NCBI GenBank assembly: GCA_046543285.1 | Contig: JBKGZS010000001.1 | Coordinates: 1-59,238 of the forward strand | DNA: 59,238 nucleotides | DNA from: Candidatus Acetothermia bacterium | GTDB lineage: Bacteria > Bipolaricaulota > Bipolaricaulia > M55B111 | Direction: 5' to 3' | Program-made: the position numbers and the translations under genes | Shown: positions 46,570 to 56,023 of the stretch, in pieces | How positions within the stretch are numbered: the stretch's first letter is position 1 | How the letters are laid out: each line of letters begins with the position of its first letter | The notes under the pieces: generated by a model | The model's input: only the letters and a program-made list of their open reading frames with translations | What the model was told of the DNA's origin: nothing | Databases searched by the model: none

Positions 46570-47829
46570 TTAATTTGACACAACTTTTAGCAGCGCCTCG
46601 GTCACTTCCGGATCCAGCTCCTCTCCTTTTATGTCCTGCATCATCTCTACTGCCTCTTCGTGGGGCAAGGGGCCCCTGTAGGGTCGCTCGGTGGTCAGAG
46701 CGTTCCAGATATCGGCGGCAGCCACCACTCGGGCTCCCATCGGAATATCCTCCCCTTCCAGGCCGTCGGGGTATCCGGTCCCATCCCATCTTTCGTGTTC
46801 GTGCCTCACAATTTCTACCGCGCCTTCGTAAATCTCCAGTCCTCCCAGTATATCAGCTCCGATCTCCGGGTGCTCTTCCATTACTTTCCATTCTTCTGAA
46901 GTGAGTTCTCCCGGTTTGAGTAGTACCTCGTCGGGGATGGCAATCTTTCCGATATCGTGAACTCGGGCGGCGGAGACTATCCTCTCCACTTCCTTCTCCC
47001 GCATACCTAGCTGAACGGCTATGGCCTCCGATAGATCAGCCACGGCTTCAGAATGTTCGGCAGTATAGGGATCCCGCTTGCTCAGCAGTTCGGTCATTTT
47101 CTCAAAGGTATTTTTTGCATCCCTCCGGAGATGCATGTAGTTGCGGAGCGAAATATTGACCAGAGTCAACAGCACCGCTATCAACAACGCATTCCAGGGA
47201 GAGCTCCCGTAGAGAACCGCGATGAGAATGGACAGCACTCCCATGGACAAGGTCTGCACGAGCAACTTTTCCAGATGGAATTTTATCTGCCGCAAGAAGT
47301 TGACCTTCTCCGTCAGGGAAATGATCCCGGTCACCAGGGAGGCATTGGTAAGGGTAAAGGCCATAAAGGCCAGCAGCGGAGGAATATAGTGCTGAACGGA
47401 AGAAAAAGGAGGAGAAGTTCCTCCCGTCAAGTTAAATACAGCAGTGGCTACGTAGATTGAGATCAAGATCTGGCTGAGATTGAAAGCCAGTTTCTGAAAC
47501 AGGGCGGAAAGGGGAGAGTCTTCCGGCCTTGATTCCCAGCGAATGATAGCTTCCGAGAGCAAAACGGCCGGTAGGGCCACGGCCATGGCCAGTGGAGCGC
47601 CGCCGATGAAAACGGCCCCCAGATAGATGGGGGTGGCAACGGACACTGACTGTCTGTAAATAACCTCCACTTCGTAAACTTCGGCCAGAAAGGCCAGCGG
47701 AGCAAAAAGGGTAAGTGCAATCAGCGAGGTCGCGGAGAGTGTGAACCGCGACAAGGACATAATGCTCAGCGAAATGCCGCTCAGCAACACAAGCCAGAAA
47801 AACCCTTTAGCCCTGTAATTTAGTCTCAA
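46570..47829 (-). CDS. Membrane-bound HD-GYP domain phosphodiesterase
   Basis: About 200-aa multi-TM N-terminal module. Then HSEAVADL...HDIGKIAIPDEVLLKPGELTSEEW..MEEHP and HEHERWDGTGYPDGL (HD...GYP). Confidence 0.85.
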   Translation of the reverse strand: MRLNYRAKGFFWLVLLSGISLSIMSLSRFTLSATSLIALTLFAPLAFLAEVYEVEVIYRQSVSVATPIYLGAVFIGGAPLAMAVALPAVLLSEAIIRWESRPEDSPLSALFQKLAFNLSQILISIYVATAVFNLTGGTSPPFSSVQHYIPPLLAFMAFTLTNASLVTGIISLTEKVNFLRQIKFHLEKLLVQTLSMGVLSILIAVLYGSSPWNALLIAVLLTLVNISLRNYMHLRRDAKNTFEKMTELLSKRDPYTAEHSEAVADLSEAIAVQLGMREKEVERIVSAARVHDIGKIAIPDEVLLKPGELTSEEWKVMEEHPEIGADILGGLEIYEGAVEIVRHEHERWDGTGYPDGLEGEDIPMGARVVAAADIWNALTTERPYRGPLPHEEAVEMMQDIKGEELDPEVTEALLKVVSN

Positions 47830-47944
47830 TATATGACCTCGCCAGACAGGGTTATCTGTCGTATAAGTAGGCCGCTGCCCGGCTCACACTCTCGCTTTTC
47901 CTCAATTTCCAGGCGCAAAAACCGTTTCTAAAAGCTAGATATGG

Positions 47945-48091
47945 CTAAAATCTCCATTTAATTGGAGCACCGGTCAGGAGCGCAAAAGCTGCCAGGGTAA
48001 TCAAAATGTAAAGACCTTTGGTACCGATCACGTTGCCAAGGGCTTCGGTCAACTTGTTTGCTGCCTCTTCAGAGTTTCCTCCCCATTTCAT
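47945..48091 (-). CDS. Untracked 48-aa small membrane protein
   Basis: Below the ORF-track size cut-off. AAGGAGG (48107..48101) lies 9 nt before the ATG at 48091. Product MKWGGNSEEAANKLTEALGNVIGTKGLYILITLAAFALLTGAPIKWRF: amphipathic N-terminal half plus one TM helix. Confidence 0.45.
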   Translation of the reverse strand: MKWGGNSEEAANKLTEALGNVIGTKGLYILITLAAFALLTGAPIKWRF

Positions 48092-48579
48092 CACAATATA
48101 CCTCCTTAAGGTTTAGTTAGATGAAATTAAATTGAAGCTCAACTTCAGAAGACACTACGGATTCGTAGTTAGTCCTAATAAATTCCCACTAGAAAAGAAT
48201 TGAGAAGTCCGTACCTCACACTTCGCCACCCTGCGCTTTCGCCAACGCAAGGATCAGCGGCTTCATTATGTGTAGTAGTATCCAGTTCTAGAAAATAAAC
48301 TAACAAGTAGAGATTAGTTCGAGTCTTAGCGAATTCCCGTACAAAGAACCCGCCACCAACTTACTGCCCCGATTCGTGAGATCTTAAGAGAGATTGAAAC
48401 CTTCAGTACCCGCATTATAGTGGGAAATAAAGAAAGCGTCAAGAAATTTGATGGAGCCCAGGAACGGAAGGCAGGGCGGGACAGCTGAAAGGGAGCAGGT
48501 AATCAAATTACCTCGGTAGAGGTGAAAGATCTGAGAAAAGATTTACCGCAATGTTCGGCGAAAATGCTGGAAAGCCTTT

Positions 48580-49854
48580 TTATGTGACCATTGGACCGCT
48601 TTCAGTATCTGAACTCTTCAAGTTCAGTATTAGAGGTAGAGTAGAAAGGACCACGAATAACAGAACCACAAAAGTCCATCTGAACCCGAGGGTGTCTATT
48701 AGAGCTCCGACCAGTCCCGGTCCGATGGAGCCAAACACGCTCAGGCTGACCATAAACAGGCCGTAAAGCAAGTTTACAGATTCAGGCGGCAGGCTATCCA
48801 GCAGATGGGTGTGCATCACGGTGTAAACCCCGCCCCGTGCAGGGGCCAATATCAGGACTCCCAGAGTCAGTGCCAGAAGTCCGGGAACCTGAGAAAAGAG
48901 GAATAGTCCCAACAGAACCAGGCCCATGTCAACTAAAAAAGTCCAACGGGCACCCTTGCGGTCCAGCATCCCGCCGGAGAGCAATTTGCCCGCTATAATC
49001 AGTCCCATAAAAACCATGTACATTACACTTGCCAGCCCCTCAGATAAACCCCGGCCCTGAACCAGATAAGCAGGGATGAAATTTACGGCGCCTTTGGCAA
49101 ATATGCTTACCGGAATGGACAGGACCACGATCTTCCAGAACACGGGAGAATTTTTAGCCCTTTCGAAGACCAGTCGAAGGTAGTCCAGTGGTGAAGAAAA
49201 TCTGCTTTCGGCTGACTGGACAACTCGTTCGGGAGAGCTGTAACCAAAATAGAGGGCAGTCGAGACCAAAAACAAATAAACGCCGATCAATCCCACGGCA
49301 TATCGCCAGCCCCCCAGAGGATCGCTTAGGGTAACGATACCGTAGGCCGCCAGCGCCGAAAGGGGAAATATCGAGTCGTAAATACCGATAAATTTGCCTC
49401 GCCGCTTGGGGAACAGCTCCGAAACTGCCGCAAACCCTGCGGGTATGAAAAAGCCGTTGCCCAGGCCGGCAATGCAAATGCAAATGGCTATTAGCCAGTA
49501 GGTTGGAGAGAAGGCGAAACCGAGCAACCCCGCGGCCATCAAGAACCCGGGATAAAGAAGGAACCCCTCCTTGCCGTAGCGGTCGGCGGCAAAACTTTCC
49601 ACGAACCGGGCCGCCGCGCTGGCAATAAACATGATGGTATACAGCAGACCGGCCAAACCGTGGGAAATATCCAGACTTTTCTCCAGAGGCAGTACCAGGA
49701 GGGGGAAAGCGGTGAAAGAAAGGGAGACCCCCAGGAAAGTGAGGGACAGGAGCACAAAATTTCTGATCTTTGAAGGGTCTGGGCCGTCGGAGTTCAGATT
49801 TGCCTCGTTTTCCGAATAGTTCATATGTTCGTGGTTAAAGGAAGACGATTTCAT
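48580..49854 (-). CDS. MFS transporter
   Basis: 424 aa, 12 predicted TM helices. Loop 2-3 motif-like ADRYGKEG. Confidence 0.85.
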   Translation of the reverse strand: MKSSSFNHEHMNYSENEANLNSDGPDPSKIRNFVLLSLTFLGVSLSFTAFPLLVLPLEKSLDISHGLAGLLYTIMFIASAAARFVESFAADRYGKEGFLLYPGFLMAAGLLGFAFSPTYWLIAICICIAGLGNGFFIPAGFAAVSELFPKRRGKFIGIYDSIFPLSALAAYGIVTLSDPLGGWRYAVGLIGVYLFLVSTALYFGYSSPERVVQSAESRFSSPLDYLRLVFERAKNSPVFWKIVVLSIPVSIFAKGAVNFIPAYLVQGRGLSEGLASVMYMVFMGLIIAGKLLSGGMLDRKGARWTFLVDMGLVLLGLFLFSQVPGLLALTLGVLILAPARGGVYTVMHTHLLDSLPPESVNLLYGLFMVSLSVFGSIGPGLVGALIDTLGFRWTFVVLLFVVLSTLPLILNLKSSDTESGPMVT

Positions 49855-49921
49855 CGATGCACAGCGGTGCTAATTTCCCGAGAAAGATTCTACCAGTTTA
49901 GGGAAGCAAATTGTAGGGAGA

Positions 49922-50019
49922 GTTTTGGGTTCTGGGTTCTGTGTTCTCAGTTCTGAGTTCTGAGTTCTGGGTTCTGGGTTCTGAGTTCTGTGTTCTGGGT
50001 TATGGGTGCGGGGTGCTGG
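49922..50019. repeat. Heptanucleotide tandem repeat, about 14 units of GTTCTGN
   Basis: Read directly: gttttgg gttctgg gttctgt gttctca gttctga gttctga gttctgg gttctgg gttctga gttctgt gttctgg gttatgg gtgcggg gtgctgg. Lies 68-165 nt upstream of the MFS start codon. Confidence 0.95.
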
Positions 50020-50209
50020 GTCAAAAACAACGGCAAGGTGCGGAGGAAAGGTAAAAGCCATAGCCCTTGCGGCTTGTGGTTGGAGGTGTAAATTTAAGAA
50101 ACAGCGGGAAGTGAGCACAGGTTACTCATTTGTTCTTTGAACCCTGAACCTCCCAGTGCACAACGCTCCGGAACGACGAGTCGGTTTTCCAGGAAAAGCT
50201 TTCCCTGGC

Positions 50210-52036
50210 TCACTCCACGGTCACGCTCTTGGCCAGGTTCCGGGGCTGATCGACATCCGTACCTCGCAGCACGCCAATATGATATGCCAGAAGCTGCAGA
50301 GGGATGACGTACAGCAGGGGCAAAAGGCATCTTTCCGTCTGGGGGAGAAGCAAAGTTCGATCCGCAACGGACTCGATCTCTTCGGTAATTGCGTCGGTAA
50401 CCACAATTACGGTACCTTTCCTGGCTTTTACTTCCTCGATGTTGGAAAAAACCTTGTCGTAGACGCTTTTCCTGGTCACCAGGGCCAGGACGGGCATATC
50501 CTCATCGATAAGGGCAATGGGGCCGTGCTTTAACTCCCCGGCCGGGTAGCCCTCTGCGTGAATATAGGAAATTTCTTTGAGCTTCAGAGCTCCCTCCAGG
50601 GCAATAGGATAAAGGACGTCACGTCCGAGAAACAGAAAGTGGTCTTTCTGGTAAAATTCCCCGGCCAGACTCTCGACTTCTGCTTCCTGGTCGAGGATTT
50701 GCTGTAGCAGGTTTGGCCCCCGGGACAGTTCATCTAGCACCTGATCTCTGGTCGGGCCGGAAACTGTCCCGCGAATCCGACCCAGCTCCAGACCAAGTAA
50801 GACCAGGGCCGCCAGCTGGGAGGTAAAAGCCTTTGTAGAAGCCACCCCGATTTCGGGACCAGCATGGGTATAGAACACCGCATCCGATCTTCGAGTAATG
50901 GTCGAACCCAGGACGTTGGGAACGGACAAAATATAGGCCCCTTTCTCCCGGGCTTTTTCCAGCCCGGCCAAGGTATCGGCCGTCTCTCCGGATTGTGATA
51001 TTCCGATGACCAGTGAATCTTCATCCAGAGGGGGATTACGATAACGAAATTCCGAGCCCAACTCCACCTCGATGGGCAGATCCAGGAAATCTTCCCAAAT
51101 ATATTTAGATACCCGGGCCGCATAGGAGGAAGTTCCACAGGCCACTATATGAATTCTTCTGATGTTTTCTACCCGCTCAGCGCTTAATTGTCCCTCATCC
51201 AAGCTCAATTTCCCCAAAGTCGTCATTCGTCCCCTGACCGTATCTCCCAGAGTCTGAGCCTGTTCGTGGATTTCCTTGAGCATGAAATGTTTGTAACCTC
51301 CTTTCTGAGCCGAGATAGGATCCCAGTCGATGGTGCTGGCCTCCTTGTCGATTTCCCTCCTCTCCATGTCAGTAAACTCGACCCTTTCCGGAGTTAAAAT
51401 GGCAATTTCATCGTCTTCCATAAAATAGACTTCCCTGGTATGGTTCAGTATCGCCGGTATATCGGAAGCAAGAACCCTTTCTCCCTTTTCTGTGCCGACA
51501 ACCAGGGGGCTGCGCCTCCGGGCGGCCACGATTTTGTCCGGCTCCTCAAGGCTGAGAGCAGCCACCGCAAAGGTTCCCTCTACTCGCTGTAGAGAGCAGA
51601 TGACTCTCTCTTCCAGACTTCCTTCGTATTCTTCGATCAGATGAACCAGCACTTCTGTATCCGTTTCGGAGGAAAACCGGTGGCCTCGATTCCTCAATTC
51701 CTTTCTCAGGGAACGGAAATTTTCAATTATGCCGTTATGGACGAGGGCAAATTTTCCCTCGCAGCTGGTATGGGGGTGAGCGTTATCCGAATTTGGAGCT
51801 CCATGAGTGGCCCATCGAGTGTGGCCAATACCAACTTCACCTTCGACCGGTTCTCGGTGAAGCTCCTGGCCGAGTTCCCCGATCTTACCCTCCCGCTTTC
51901 TGATCCCCAGCTCTCCCTTGCCCATTACCGCAATTCCAGCGGAATCGTAACCGCGATACTCCAACCTTTTTAATCCAGCAAGCAAGGTGGGCTGCACGTC
52001 CCCATCACTTATAAGTCCAATTATTCCACACATCAT
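50210..52036 (-). CDS. glmS: Glutamine--fructose-6-phosphate aminotransferase (isomerizing)
   Basis: MCGIIG N-terminal nucleophile, two SIS domains, C-terminal AKSVTVE. Confidence 0.97.
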   Translation of the reverse strand: MMCGIIGLISDGDVQPTLLAGLKRLEYRGYDSAGIAVMGKGELGIRKREGKIGELGQELHREPVEGEVGIGHTRWATHGAPNSDNAHPHTSCEGKFALVHNGIIENFRSLRKELRNRGHRFSSETDTEVLVHLIEEYEGSLEERVICSLQRVEGTFAVAALSLEEPDKIVAARRRSPLVVGTEKGERVLASDIPAILNHTREVYFMEDDEIAILTPERVEFTDMERREIDKEASTIDWDPISAQKGGYKHFMLKEIHEQAQTLGDTVRGRMTTLGKLSLDEGQLSAERVENIRRIHIVACGTSSYAARVSKYIWEDFLDLPIEVELGSEFRYRNPPLDEDSLVIGISQSGETADTLAGLEKAREKGAYILSVPNVLGSTITRRSDAVFYTHAGPEIGVASTKAFTSQLAALVLLGLELGRIRGTVSGPTRDQVLDELSRGPNLLQQILDQEAEVESLAGEFYQKDHFLFLGRDVLYPIALEGALKLKEISYIHAEGYPAGELKHGPIALIDEDMPVLALVTRKSVYDKVFSNIEEVKARKGTVIVVTDAITEEIESVADRTLLLPQTERCLLPLLYVIPLQLLAYHIGVLRGTDVDQPRNLAKSVTVE

Positions 52037-52202
52037 ATCGCCCCCTCTAAATAATTGTGGGGCAAGATCCTGCCACTAAGCCCTACCCCTACCCTGCTTG
52101 ATCCTATCATGCCCAATTCGGGGGGCTTACACCAATTGTCCGCCGTTTAGGTGAAATTCATATAGTGGAAAGGAACGTTAACATGCAGGGTGCAGAAGTG
52201 GA

Positions 52203-52778
52203 TTAGGAAGAGTCTGAGGTGGCAGGCATTTTCTGGCGATAAAAGACCAGCTTGTTTTGGCCGTATTCGCTGATCTGGATCAGATCCAGCTCCCCAAACT
52301 GCTCGGGTAGGTCCGTTTTAGAAAAGACTTCTACAATTGCAATCCCGTTGGATCTAACTACTCGACAGTCACCCAGATGCTTCAGGACTTCCCGGTCCAG
52401 GTTACTCTGATAAGGCGGACCGAGGAAAACCAGATCAAATCTCCTGTCTCGGCGCTGGAACAACTCCAGGGCCGAGAAGACATCTCGTTGATAAACGCGA
52501 GCCCGATTCTGGAATCCCAACCTGTCCAGGTTTTTCTTGATCAGTTTAACTGAAGAATCCAGTTGATCCACGAAAGTCACCTGACTGGCCCCTCTGGATA
52601 GAGCCTCCAGGCCCACGCTTCCCGTTCCGGCAAACAGATCTAGAAACTTGCTGTTTTCTACGACCTGTCTCAGGGTATCAAATAAACCCCTCCTCACCAC
52701 TTCCCGCATGGGTCTTATCTCAGCAGGACCCGGACCGTATATTTTCTCGCCTTTGTTGGTACCTGCAATTATGCGCAT
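52203..52778 (-). CDS. rsmD: 16S rRNA (guanine966-N2)-methyltransferase
   Basis: MRIIAGTNKG..I......IRPM...VRRGLFD, DLFAGTGSVGLEALSRGA, FLGPPY boxes. Confidence 0.85.
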   Translation of the reverse strand: MRIIAGTNKGEKIYGPGPAEIRPMREVVRRGLFDTLRQVVENSKFLDLFAGTGSVGLEALSRGASQVTFVDQLDSSVKLIKKNLDRLGFQNRARVYQRDVFSALELFQRRDRRFDLVFLGPPYQSNLDREVLKHLGDCRVVRSNGIAIVEVFSKTDLPEQFGELDLIQISEYGQNKLVFYRQKMPATSDSS

Positions 52779-53036
52779 ATAAGTCTACCCGACCTCCGAA
52801 GGAGCGGATTAACCGCCCCACTCGTGGGAGGGCTAATCTGCCTTGATTCTCTGTAAATATGGTAATTCTGGCCGTCGATTTCAACCGGCTTCTATTTCGA
52901 CGAGAATTGATCTCCCCTCCCGGGTTGAGCGGTCGAATTGTATGACTGACCCAATTCCGGGCAAAGCTTGATTGAGGGCCCCGGTAACCCTACCATCTTA
53001 TATCGGTTGATAAACCTTCACAAAGGTGAATAAGAG

Positions 53037-53774
53037 ATGAACGAAATCGACTTGAGTACTGTGATATTCGACCTGGACGATACGCTGGCCAGCTATGAAG
53101 AAAGCGTAGAAGGAGCATTGGAGAAGGCCTTTGAGGAGAGCGGGGTGGGCAATCCCCCCTTTTCGGCCGACCAGTACCGGGAAGAATACGCCAGAATATT
53201 TGATAGCGAGATCCAGAGCCGCTCCCCATCCCTCCCTTTTCGAGCCAAGATCTTTCTAAACCTGGCCGGAGACCAGGGGAACCTCAGCGAGGAGAAAATT
53301 CTGGACGCCGCCCAGATCTTTACCCAGATTAGAGAAGATCAAATAAAATTGTTTCCCGATGCCCAGGAGGTTCTGGGAACCCTGGGAGAACGTTATAAGC
53401 TGGGCCTTCTTACCAACGGTCCTTCCGACGTTCAGTGGGGAAAGATACACGCCTTAAATATCAAAAGTTACTTTGAAGAGATTGTAGTCTCCGGAGATTA
53501 CGGGGTCTCCAAACCCCATTCCCAGATCTTTCATCACGCTCTAGAAAAGCTAAAAACCAGCACCAGGGAGTCTATTTACATTGGCAACTCCTTGAAATAC
53601 GACATCGAGGGAGCTCAGCAAGTAGGAATATATGCGGTATGGAAAGATAACGACCACGAGGAAGAAGATCTCCCGGAGGTCAAACCAGACGCGGTGATAC
53701 GGGACCTGAGCGAACTGCTGTCCTTAATCACCTCCTCGTCAAAACAAGGTGCAACAGGGAGGCAGCAAACATGA
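53037..53774 (+). CDS. HAD-superfamily hydrolase (subfamily IA-like)
   Basis: DLDDTL motif I, LLTNG motif II, GNSLKYDIEGA motif III/IV region. Confidence 0.8.
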   Translation: MNEIDLSTVIFDLDDTLASYEESVEGALEKAFEESGVGNPPFSADQYREEYARIFDSEIQSRSPSLPFRAKIFLNLAGDQGNLSEEKILDAAQIFTQIREDQIKLFPDAQEVLGTLGERYKLGLLTNGPSDVQWGKIHALNIKSYFEEIVVSGDYGVSKPHSQIFHHALEKLKTSTRESIYIGNSLKYDIEGAQQVGIYAVWKDNDHEEEDLPEVKPDAVIRDLSELLSLITSSSKQGATGRQQT

Positions 53775-55102
53775 AGAAAAGGGACGTCCTATTGATCGGA
53801 GCAGGGCCGGCCGGTCTGTTTGCGGCAAGCGAATTGATGGATAAAAATATGTCGGTAACCGTCCTGGAGCGTGGACGAGAACCGGAGAGCCGGGAGAGCA
53901 TTACGTACGGAGTGGGAGGCGCGGGTGCCTTTTCCGACGGAAAACTGAACTTGACCCCGGAAATAGGCGGCGATCCCTCCACCTTTCACCGAAGCGGACA
54001 GGAACTTACCCCCTACATCGATATCGTGGACGACGTCTTCGCCGACTTCGGCGGCAAAAGCCCCTATTCCGGCGAATCAAAGGAGGGGTTGAACTCCCTC
54101 AAAAAACGGGCGGGGAAGTACGGAATCGAGTTCATCCCCGGGAAACAGCGCCATATGGGAACTAAAACCGTGCGGAAAGTCATTGCGAACTTCTACCATC
54201 ATCTGGCGAAGAACGGAATTGACTTCGCTCTGGAGACCAAGGTGAACGAAATTGAGCACTCCGACGGAGCATTCGTGGCCCATACCGAAGGAGAAAGCTA
54301 CCAGGCACCCTATCTGATCGCTGCACCGGGCCGTCCGGGGGCCTACTGGCTTCGGGAACAGGCCCGCTCTCTGGGAGTCGAATCCAAGTACGGCCCTATT
54401 GACGTGGGTATACGTGTCGAGTTTCCCGCCGAAATCTACGAACCGATCGAAAAAATAATGTACGACGCCAAGTTTCGCCTCCGCTCGGACACTTACGACG
54501 ATCTAGTAAGGACCTTCTGCACCAATCCCCGCGGATACGTGGTAACAGAAAGTTACGAGGACTTTGCCCTGATAAACGGCCACGCGGAAAACGAACAAGA
54601 ATCGGACGCCACAAATTTCGCACTTCTTTCCCGCGTGGAGTTGACCGATCCCGTGGAAGATACCACGGAGTACGGCAGGTCGATCGCCACCCTGGCCAAT
54701 ACCATTGGGGGAGGAAAACCTATACTTCAGAGGTTCAAAGACCTGCAGAACGGCCGGCGGTCCACGGAGCAGCGGATCAGCAGAGTTCCTATAAAGCCTA
54801 CCCTGACGGAATACACCCCGGGAGACGTCTCCATGGCCCTGCCGGACAGAGTTATGGTCAACCTCATCGAAGGCCTGGAGAGACTGGACAACATTATCGA
54901 AGGTTTGACCGCCGACAACACCCTGATCTACGCCCCGGAGATCAAATTTTACGATACCAAGTACGAAGTCAACGAGAATTTGGAAACCAAAATGGACGGC
55001 TTCTACGTCGCGGGTGACGCTTCCGGTCACTCTCGAGGAATCGTTTACGCCGCGATAACGGGCCTGATCGCCGCCCAAGACGTGGTTAACAGAGCCGATT
55101 AA
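53771..55102 (+). CDS. FAD-dependent oxidoreductase (COG2509-like uncharacterised dehydrogenase)
   Basis: DVLLIGAGPAGLFAASEL dinucleotide fold. C-terminal GFYVAGDASGHSRGIVYAAITG. The start overlaps the HAD stop (ATGA). Confidence 0.7.
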   Translation: MKKRDVLLIGAGPAGLFAASELMDKNMSVTVLERGREPESRESITYGVGGAGAFSDGKLNLTPEIGGDPSTFHRSGQELTPYIDIVDDVFADFGGKSPYSGESKEGLNSLKKRAGKYGIEFIPGKQRHMGTKTVRKVIANFYHHLAKNGIDFALETKVNEIEHSDGAFVAHTEGESYQAPYLIAAPGRPGAYWLREQARSLGVESKYGPIDVGIRVEFPAEIYEPIEKIMYDAKFRLRSDTYDDLVRTFCTNPRGYVVTESYEDFALINGHAENEQESDATNFALLSRVELTDPVEDTTEYGRSIATLANTIGGGKPILQRFKDLQNGRRSTEQRISRVPIKPTLTEYTPGDVSMALPDRVMVNLIEGLERLDNIIEGLTADNTLIYAPEIKFYDTKYEVNENLETKMDGFYVAGDASGHSRGIVYAAITGLIAAQDVVNRAD

Positions 55103-55141
55103 ATAAATTCAGTCTCAAGCAACAACAGAAAAGGAGGCCCA

Positions 55142-56023
55142 ATGTCAAAAATTTACATTGACGGCGAGTACGTCAGCAAAGAAGAGGCCAAGATAAGCGT
55201 CTTCGACCACGGGTTCCTCTACGGCGACGGGGTCTTCGAGGGAATCCGGGCCTATGACGGTTACGTCTTCAAATTGGAAGAACACCTGGACCGTTTGTAT
55301 CGCAGCGCCGCCGCCATTCGGCTGGAAATCCCTATGGATATTCAGGAAATGCAGGAAAAGATCCTGGAAGCCCTCCGCTTCAACGACCTGGAAGAGGCCT
55401 ACATTCGACCCCTGGTAACCAGAGGGGTGGGATCCCTGGGGCTGGACCCCGAGTCCTGTGAACAACCTTCGGTAATAATTATCACCCAGGAGTGGGCCTC
55501 ACTCTACGATTCTGAACTGTACGAGACGGGCCTAAACGCCCTTACCACCTCCATCAGAAATCAGCCCGTGGAAGGCCTTCCGCCCACAGTTAAAAGCCTC
55601 AACTACCTGACCAACATCCTGGCCCACATGCAGGCCGACGTCTGGGGGGCCGACGAGGCCATAATGCTCGACGTGCGTGGAAACCTGTCCGAAGGAAGTG
55701 CTGACAATATTTTCGTCTCCCGCAAAGGAGTAATCTACACCCCCCCTACCATGAACAATCTGCCGGGAATCACCCGAAATACCCTGGTAGAACTGCTCCG
55801 CGAGGAGGGCCACCAAGTCAGGGAAGAAAACATAGGACTCGCCGAGCTTTATACTGCCGACGAGGTCTTCTTGAGCGGGACTGCCGCCGAGGTAGTGCCG
55901 GTGGTGGAGATCGACGGAAGGGCCATCGGAGACGGAAACCCCGGAGAAATCTGCCTCAAAATGAAAGAGAGGTTCGAGAAGATAACGGGAACGAAGGAAA
56001 CGGGAGTGGCAATTAATCCATGA
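55142..56023 (+). CDS. ilvE: Branched-chain-amino-acid aminotransferase (fold type IV)
   Basis: [48 protein letters not shown] boxes. Confidence 0.85.
   Translation: MSKIYIDGEYVSKEEAKISVFDHGFLYGDGVFEGIRAYDGYVFKLEEHLDRLYRSAAAIRLEIPMDIQEMQEKILEALRFNDLEEAYIRPLVTRGVGSLGLDPESCEQPSVIIITQEWASLYDSELYETGLNALTTSIRNQPVEGLPPTVKSLNYLTNILAHMQADVWGADEAIMLDVRGNLSEGSADNIFVSRKGVIYTPPTMNNLPGITRNTLVELLREEGHQVREENIGLAELYTADEVFLSGTAAEVVPVVEIDGRAIGDGNPGEICLKMKERFEKITGTKETGVAINP

Noticed and set aside
49870-50118. 82-aa ORF with a PEPRTQN-type repeat
   Set aside because: It is simply the translation of the heptanucleotide tandem repeat. It has no start context, and the period-7 DNA repeat shifts frame every unit.
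50150-50209. Near-palindrome CCAGGGAAAGCTTTTCCTGG right after the glmS stop, as a possible terminator
   Set aside because: On the glmS (minus) strand it is followed by AAAACC, not a U-tract, and it has one stem mismatch. It cannot be called an intrinsic terminator from sequence alone.
52037-52202. Possible glmS ribozyme upstream of glmS
   Set aside because: I read the minus-strand leader and found no AGCGCC cleavage-site core or the conserved GGCGGA/GACGAGG-type segments in the right order. The space of about 165 nt is also tight. cmsearch with RF00234 would settle it.
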